Shown: in pieces, positions 63,710-64,000 of the stretch | Position numbering within the stretch: the stretch's first letter is position 1 | How the letters are laid out: each line of letters opens with the position of its first letter | DNA from: an uncultured delta proteobacterium | Lineage (GTDB): Bacteria > Desulfobacterota > Desulfobaccia > Desulfobaccales > 0-14-0-80-60-11 | Assembly (NCBI GenBank): GCA_963812015.1 | Contig: CAWETI010000002.1 | Span: forward strand, 448,001-512,000 | Length of the DNA stretch: 64,000 bases | Reading direction: 5' to 3' | Made by a program: the position numbers and the translations under genes | The notes under the pieces: model-generated | Database searches by the model: none | What the model was told of the DNA's origin: nothing | Seen by the model: only the letters and a program-made list of their open reading frames with translations

Positions 63710-64000
63710 CGCCGTTGATGAGCCATCCGGCTCGGAGAGGCGCCGCAGTCATGGCAGAAAAGAACTGGGTGAGGGAACGGACGGGACGACAGGAAAGTAT
63801 TCCGGGCGGCAGCACAATGACGGTCCGGTCAGAAATATTGACCCCGGCGGGGAAAGGTTAACAGGCATAAGATCCCGGGAGGTTCGGCGGGATTCCATTC
63901 ATATATAGGGGGGATAGCGTCAAAGCAGACCTGAGCCTCGCAACCATGGCATGACGAATAGCGTGCAAAGTATGATTTAACTTGATAGTAATGAACCACC

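Noticed and set aside
63710..64000. 6S RNA after zapA
   Set aside because: Expected by synteny, but I could not verify the fold; it may begin near or run past the window end.

Overview
Bacterial chromosomal window, GC-rich and Desulfobacterota-like (inferred from gene content and a PEP-CTERM-type tail). A tRNA-Pro(TGG) at 34851-34927 splits it into two halves. The right half (35-64 kb) is mostly core genome: rdgB, rph, mutL, miaA, carD, PIN/TRAM, a RluA-family synthase, coaE, rho, eno, PerR/Fur, rnc, recD2 and zapBA. It also has two low-GC insertions (DUF2971-like, recQ) and REP-like repeats. The left half looks accessory. It holds glgP, a Ca/H antiporter, an RND efflux operon, flavoenzymes, a second recD2 plus IHF separated by three copies of a ~130-210 bp non-coding repeat, and a membrane-anchored HEAT/P-loop protein. 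Next comes a tRNA-integrated element carrying ssb and small ORFs, a type I R-M operon whose hsdM has a nonsense codon, a group II intron-type reverse transcriptase, an excisionase-like gene and a tyrosine integrase. The most notable feature is the RT. It has an intact YADD motif but no recognisable group II domain V/VI after the ORF. Instead it is flanked by ~290 nt (upstream) and ~700 nt (downstream) of hairpin-rich non-coding sequence, behind a promoter-like site with a poly-G spacer. It is a candidate domesticated RT-ncRNA system. All calls come from reading the sequence by eye; no searches were run.
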